Part shown: positions 16,833 through 20,000 of the stretch, in pieces
How positions within the stretch are numbered: position 1 is the first letter of the stretch
How the letters are laid out: every line of letters begins with the position of its first letter
IMG/VR virus record: IMGVR_UViG_3300018083_000026
DNA from: an uncultured virus (IMG/VR IMGVR_UViG_3300018083_000026)
Taxonomy: Duplodnaviria > Heunggongvirae > Uroviricota > Caudoviricetes
Strand: one strand, 5' to 3'
DNA: 20,000 bases
Program-made: the position numbers and the translations under genes
The notes under the pieces: model-generated
The model's database searches: none
The model's input: only the letters and a program-made list of their open reading frames with translations
Told to the model about the DNA's origin: nothing

Positions 16833-17804
16833 AATTTTGATCTTTTTGGTTTGGTTTTGGTTTGGGTCTTGGTTGCCCACGAAGGCACCCTCCACCGTTC
16901 GGTATTCAGTCACCCTTTTAACTTCGGCGGGCGCCTCCTTATCCAAGGTGACACCCGTGTCAGTTGCAGAATAGCCAAGGCGGAACAATTTGCCACCTAA
17001 CTCGTAGATGACAAAATCAGTGTAAACATCGTTCACCCACAGGAAGGGTCCGGCCATGTTGTCCGTAACATTGAACTTCTTGCGGAGAGCCTCGCGGAGG
17101 CTGTCAGCGATGTTAGAATGGGAGAGCTCGTTCTCGGTTACACCCAGGCCGCGCATCACCTGGGCAAAGACGGAACGAACTAAAGAAACTTCTTCCTGCT
17201 GGTTGCGGAGAAATCCAGCGCCGTCCTTAATGGAGCAAGCACCTATCTTATCCGGCAGCAAGGCGAGATGGTCGGGGCGATAGTTGCGGGCAATGCCGCT
17301 ATAAGCTTCTCCCTTCCACTCTCCAGGTGTCTCCTCGCAGTCGACAAATACCCCAGTGGACAATTCCATCATTGTGTTGGCTTCGATAGCCGCCATAATG
17401 CGCTCGTCCACCGTATTAGCGCGGTCCACTTCGATCCACGCTTCCGACTTAAGCTTGCCCTTCTCAAACTTAGTATTCATCATCACACCCACCTTGCGGT
17501 TGGTAATGACAGAAGGATCGCAAGCAGAAATTCCTACCCCATTCATCTCCGGGTGGTAAACAACGACGGGCTTGTGGTTCCAAGTAACCGGAGTCTTGGA
17601 CAGCTCCTCCTTAGGATAAAGCATGGGACCATCGGACCCGGCGTGAACTCCTTCAGTTAAGATGACCATAGGAACCACTAAGAAATCCCGGTTCTCCATC
17701 TTGTCGTGGCGCACCAGCTTAGGAAGCAAGTTCAAAACCAGGTTCTGAATGGGTTGCTTCTTAGGCTCTTCATTAAGAACTAGTTTGTGGGCTAGCTGTT
17801 TCAT
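16158..17804 (-). CDS. Prohead protease-scaffold fusion (DUF2213-like)
   Basis: 548 aa. N-terminal domain VPMVILTEGVH, WNHKPVVVYHP, ELSTG and PDHLALLPDKIGACS..DGAG; charged helical C-terminal scaffold region. Confidence 0.85.
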   Translation of the reverse strand: MKQLAHKLVLNEEPKKQPIQNLVLNLLPKLVRHDKMENRDFLVVPMVILTEGVHAGSDGPMLYPKEELSKTPVTWNHKPVVVYHPEMNGVGISACDPSVITNRKVGVMMNTKFEKGKLKSEAWIEVDRANTVDERIMAAIEANTMMELSTGVFVDCEETPGEWKGEAYSGIARNYRPDHLALLPDKIGACSIKDGAGFLRNQQEEVSLVRSVFAQVMRGLGVTENELSHSNIADSLREALRKKFNVTDNMAGPFLWVNDVYTDFVIYELGGKLFRLGYSATDTGVTLDKEAPAEVKRVTEYRTVEGAFVGNQDPNQNQTKKIKIMNKKELVDSIITSNIGWKEEDRTALMELTEKQLEAVRNLHKEMPTVNFKMVEKDADGKVTITVVKNAPTAPPSPKKGEAKADYMARCTNMADKAACAAMFDKMMTKNEEEAGKSAPVAPRVLNLQEYIQAAPPEVQNVLNNSLSVYEEEKNKLVDSIIANKNNPFTKEDLSNRPLGELRSLARLAGVTSSISRPPANYAGQGAVPSDNAESEEALSIPAMSFAK

Positions 17805-17813
17805 AGTGCAATC

Positions 17814-17842
17814 AACCTAACCGAAGTTGGCCTCTCTTGCAA
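17814..17842 (-). promoter_or_regulatory. Putative sigma70-type promoter for the head genes
   Basis: TTGCAA-17 nt-TAGGTT on the minus strand, with an upstream A/T tract; the -10 ends 9 nt before ATG 17804. Confidence 0.45.
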
Positions 17843-17845
17843 TGG

Positions 17846-17905
17846 AAATAAAAACTAAGGCCGTCGCCCGCCCTAGGAGGTGAACCGAAGGAGCAGGGAC
17901 GGCCT
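17846..17905 (-). terminator. Long stem-loop with U-rich tail (putative terminator)
   Basis: AGGCCGTC (17905..17898) pairs with GACGGCCT (17865..17858), extended by CCUGCUC/GGGCGGG wobble pairs, then TAGTTTTTATTT. Confidence 0.55.
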
Positions 17906-17933
17906 CCCAATCAGCATTGCCACTGATCGGAAT

Positions 17934-18113
17934 TTACGGCTTAGACTTCTGCCACCAAGGCTGCTTCATCTTCTCCGCCACTAAGGCGTCGTAAGCCTTT
18001 TCCTCTTCGGTAGTCATTTCCCTGCTTGTCTTCTTAGTTGCCAAGTAATCCATCGCCTTGTTAAACAAGGTCAACGCGCCACTGGCTAGCGCGATAATTG
18101 AAGCAATTTCCAT
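17934..18113 (-). CDS. Small membrane-associated protein (59 aa, absent from the ORF track)
   Basis: Hand translation: MEIASIIALASGALTLFNKAMDYLATKKTSREMTTEEEKAYDALVAEKMKQPWWQKSKP*. It fills the gap between genes and has an A/C-rich leader. Confidence 0.75.
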   Translation of the reverse strand: MEIASIIALASGALTLFNKAMDYLATKKTSREMTTEEEKAYDALVAEKMKQPWWQKSKP

Positions 18114-18140
18114 AATAGGTATTCTCGTTTGGGTTGAGGG

Positions 18141-18617
18141 TTACTTAGGCAAGGAGTTAGATTTTATTTCCGGCGGGACGGTGAGCACGGCTGCCTTTGC
18201 CTCCGCCCGCTGCTTCTCCACTGCGGGGAGAACACCCGAAGCCATATCCGACCTCTTCTGCACGGCGGACATTGTTATATTCATCGTCTCTCTGTCCGCC
18301 GGCGAGCGGGTCTGTTTGTAAGCCCGTGTGGCAGCCCGAAAGGCGTTGTAAGCTGGCGGAAAGTCATCGCGCAGCGTATCTGCCACCTGAGTTACATTAA
18401 CCGGCAAGGCGGTCCGATTGTTATGTTCCCACTCCAGGAACGTGTCGACTACTGTGAACGAGAGGATAGCCACTCGCTCCGCATTAACCACCAGCGCCTC
18501 GCTCCCCGGGTCTGTCTTGCTAAAGAAAGCGCAACCAGGGAGAAAGACGACAGTGGGCGTAGTTATGACCACTGACATCAACACGGCGAGGAGGATTGAT
18601 TTGAATCTTGTTTTCAT
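18141..18617 (-). CDS. Lipoprotein, helical (possible spanin-like lysis component)
   Basis: Start reassigned to ATG 18617; 158 aa. MKTRFKSILLAVLMSVVITTPTVVFLPG|C has a lipobox-like LPGC; the mature part looks helical. Confidence 0.7.
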   Translation of the reverse strand: MKTRFKSILLAVLMSVVITTPTVVFLPGCAFFSKTDPGSEALVVNAERVAILSFTVVDTFLEWEHNNRTALPVNVTQVADTLRDDFPPAYNAFRAATRAYKQTRSPADRETMNITMSAVQKRSDMASGVLPAVEKQRAEAKAAVLTVPPEIKSNSLPK

Positions 18618-18657
18618 ATGTTTGTAGACGTCTGCCGTCCTTCTCCGAGGTGTGTTG

Positions 18658-19290
18658 TTATGCGGTGGGTGCTTCGGGTTTGACTTCCGGAGTGCCAACG
18701 ACAATACCCAAGTTCTTCGCTGAGGCGCTGCCGACCTGCACTTCAAGGATCTCGGAGATTTCCTCAACACCTTCGCCTAGGTCAGCGTCGGCCTTCACGA
18801 GGATCTGCGTGTCGCCCGGATTGTCCGAGCTAACGATTAGCGCCGACAAGCCATCTGCGGCCGCCGTCACCGTGGATTCACCACTAATGACTTCGAATGT
18901 CGGAACGCCGTCCAACTTGGCAATCCGCCCGCCGTCCGTCTTCGGCTTCAGCGTGACGGTAACTTGCTGTTCATTTGTGAGTTTAATTATCATCTGTTCT
19001 TTCTCCTGTTGGACCTTGTTTTGCACCGGCCCGACGGTCCAGTCGAATCGAGCCCGTGTAATCAGCTTGCCGAGTCTTGTCTCGGTAGCCAATAAATCTT
19101 TCTTTGTAGCTAAATCAATAAAGTCCTTTCGACCCGGCAACCTCGCTTCCAAATTCGTCAGGTAGGTTTTAATAGCTGTCGTGGACCACTCCACTTTGCT
19201 AACAATAATAGTCTCCGTCGCTATTAGATCCTGGAGGACCAGCTGGCGGTTAGGGTGCGGCGGTTTATTTGGTTTTGGTTTGATAGGCAT
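18658..19290 (-). CDS. Hypothetical protein with C-terminal Ig-like beta domain
   Basis: Likely start ATG 19290 (GAAAGGA upstream). An internal ATG 18993, preceded by AGGAGAAAGAACAG, begins a 111-aa beta-rich domain (MIIKLTNEQQVTVTLKP...). Confidence 0.65.
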   Translation of the reverse strand: MPIKPKPNKPPHPNRQLVLQDLIATETIIVSKVEWSTTAIKTYLTNLEARLPGRKDFIDLATKKDLLATETRLGKLITRARFDWTVGPVQNKVQQEKEQMIIKLTNEQQVTVTLKPKTDGGRIAKLDGVPTFEVISGESTVTAAADGLSALIVSSDNPGDTQILVKADADLGEGVEEISEILEVQVGSASAKNLGIVVGTPEVKPEAPTA

Positions 19291-19303
19291 AATTAGAATC
19301 CTT

Positions 19304-19774
19304 TCAGGGTGATTCAGGTGGTGGTTCGGCACCCGGCACTATCTTTATCGCGGTGGCGGGAACAGTGCCAGGAATATGTTCGGGCGGAAACTTAAAGGAC
19401 TGATACTTAGCCCGCTCTGCCATCTGCCCAGCGTTGTAACTCTCGCGGGTGGCTTCGGCCAACCTAGTTTTCATGTCATGCTCCTCATAATCCCGTTGCG
19501 CCTGCTCAGCGGCAGCAATGTCAGTAGGGTGCTGGGTTATGTCCGCCTTCTCCTTCGCAAGTATCATGATGGTTCGCAAAGCCCGAGCCATCGCGCCATT
19601 AACCAAGCTATGTATCTCTCCCATGCGCTGGGCTTGCCTAGCCACATACCCTCGCGCCTCTGCCACGGCAGAAGAAGCTTGTTTGCGGGACCTCCAGGCA
19701 TGCCATTGCGTCATTACTGCCACTAAGAAAACACCCGCCAAGGTCCCATATTGTGCCGCTTGTTCTGTTGTCAT
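19304..19774 (-). CDS. Single-TM membrane protein (holin/i-spanin-like topology)
   Basis: 156 aa; N-terminal hydrophobic YGTLAGVFLVAVMTQW followed by basic RSRK and an Ala/Gln-rich helical region; ATGA overlap. Confidence 0.6.
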   Translation of the reverse strand: MTTEQAAQYGTLAGVFLVAVMTQWHAWRSRKQASSAVAEARGYVARQAQRMGEIHSLVNGAMARALRTIMILAKEKADITQHPTDIAAAEQAQRDYEEHDMKTRLAEATRESYNAGQMAERAKYQSFKFPPEHIPGTVPATAIKIVPGAEPPPESP

Positions 19775-19959
19775 CGTTTGATTTCCTTTACCGGAATAAC
19801 TCTACCTCTGACATGGTAGTCCTCTTTCACTTTCTTCACCCAGCGGTTCGCCAGGTCCTCTTCTTCCAAATCGAAATAACGGTTCTCCCGATAAGTAGGA
19901 GACCGCACCGGAAACTTCACTATGAAGCCCTCCCACCGTTTCTTCCGCTGCCTCGACAT
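19771..19959 (-). CDS. Small basic hypothetical protein
   Basis: 62 aa; GGAG upstream; ATGA-coupled to the next gene. Confidence 0.55.
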   Translation of the reverse strand: MSRQRKKRWEGFIVKFPVRSPTYRENRYFDLEEEDLANRWVKKVKEDYHVRGRVIPVKEIKR

Positions 19960-20000
19960 TCTACTTCTCCGTGGGCAGGGCCGGCGGAACCCGTGAAGCA

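Larger units (their letters stand above)
1..20000 (-). mobile_element. Siphovirus-like phage/prophage head-neck-tail morphogenesis module
   Basis: Canonical gene order, all on one strand with tight coupling; no sheath gene and no host housekeeping genes in the window. Confidence 0.95.

Noticed and set aside
92..19781. All plus-strand ORFs in the track
   Set aside because: They are antisense shadows of a fully tiled minus-strand operon and carry no recognisable motifs.
1..20000. Stop-codon reassignment
   Set aside because: Genes have the expected lengths and tile the window under the standard code.
19961..20000. 3' end of an upstream minus-strand gene (...ASRVPPALPTEK*)
   Set aside because: Plausible, but only 13 codons are visible, which is too little to support.

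Overview
This window is a continuous, densely packed morphogenesis operon of a tailed dsDNA phage or prophage with a siphovirus-type non-contractile tail, encoded entirely on the minus strand. In transcription order (right to left) it holds: five small accessory or envelope genes, a DUF2213-like prohead protease/scaffold, a head decoration protein, an HK97-fold major capsid protein, head-tail joining genes, the tail tube, a tail assembly chaperone pair with a -1 frameshift, the tape measure protein, two paralogous distal-tail-like genes, a DUF1833-like protein, NlpC/P60, and a TipJ-like tail tip gene that runs off the left edge. Three things stand out. (1) Two tail-fibre/LamG-like genes inside the tail-tip module carry Sec signal peptides and are strongly Thr-Asn enriched. 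(2) A Maf/GT29/GT42-like glycosyltransferase-fold gene sits between the head-tail adaptor and head closure genes. Together these suggest a virion export/glycosylation system. (3) There are a probable nested scaffold start, a strong frameshift-stimulating hairpin, and a shared AGAAAGAA leader motif. All family assignments come from motif recognition and gene order; no searches were run.
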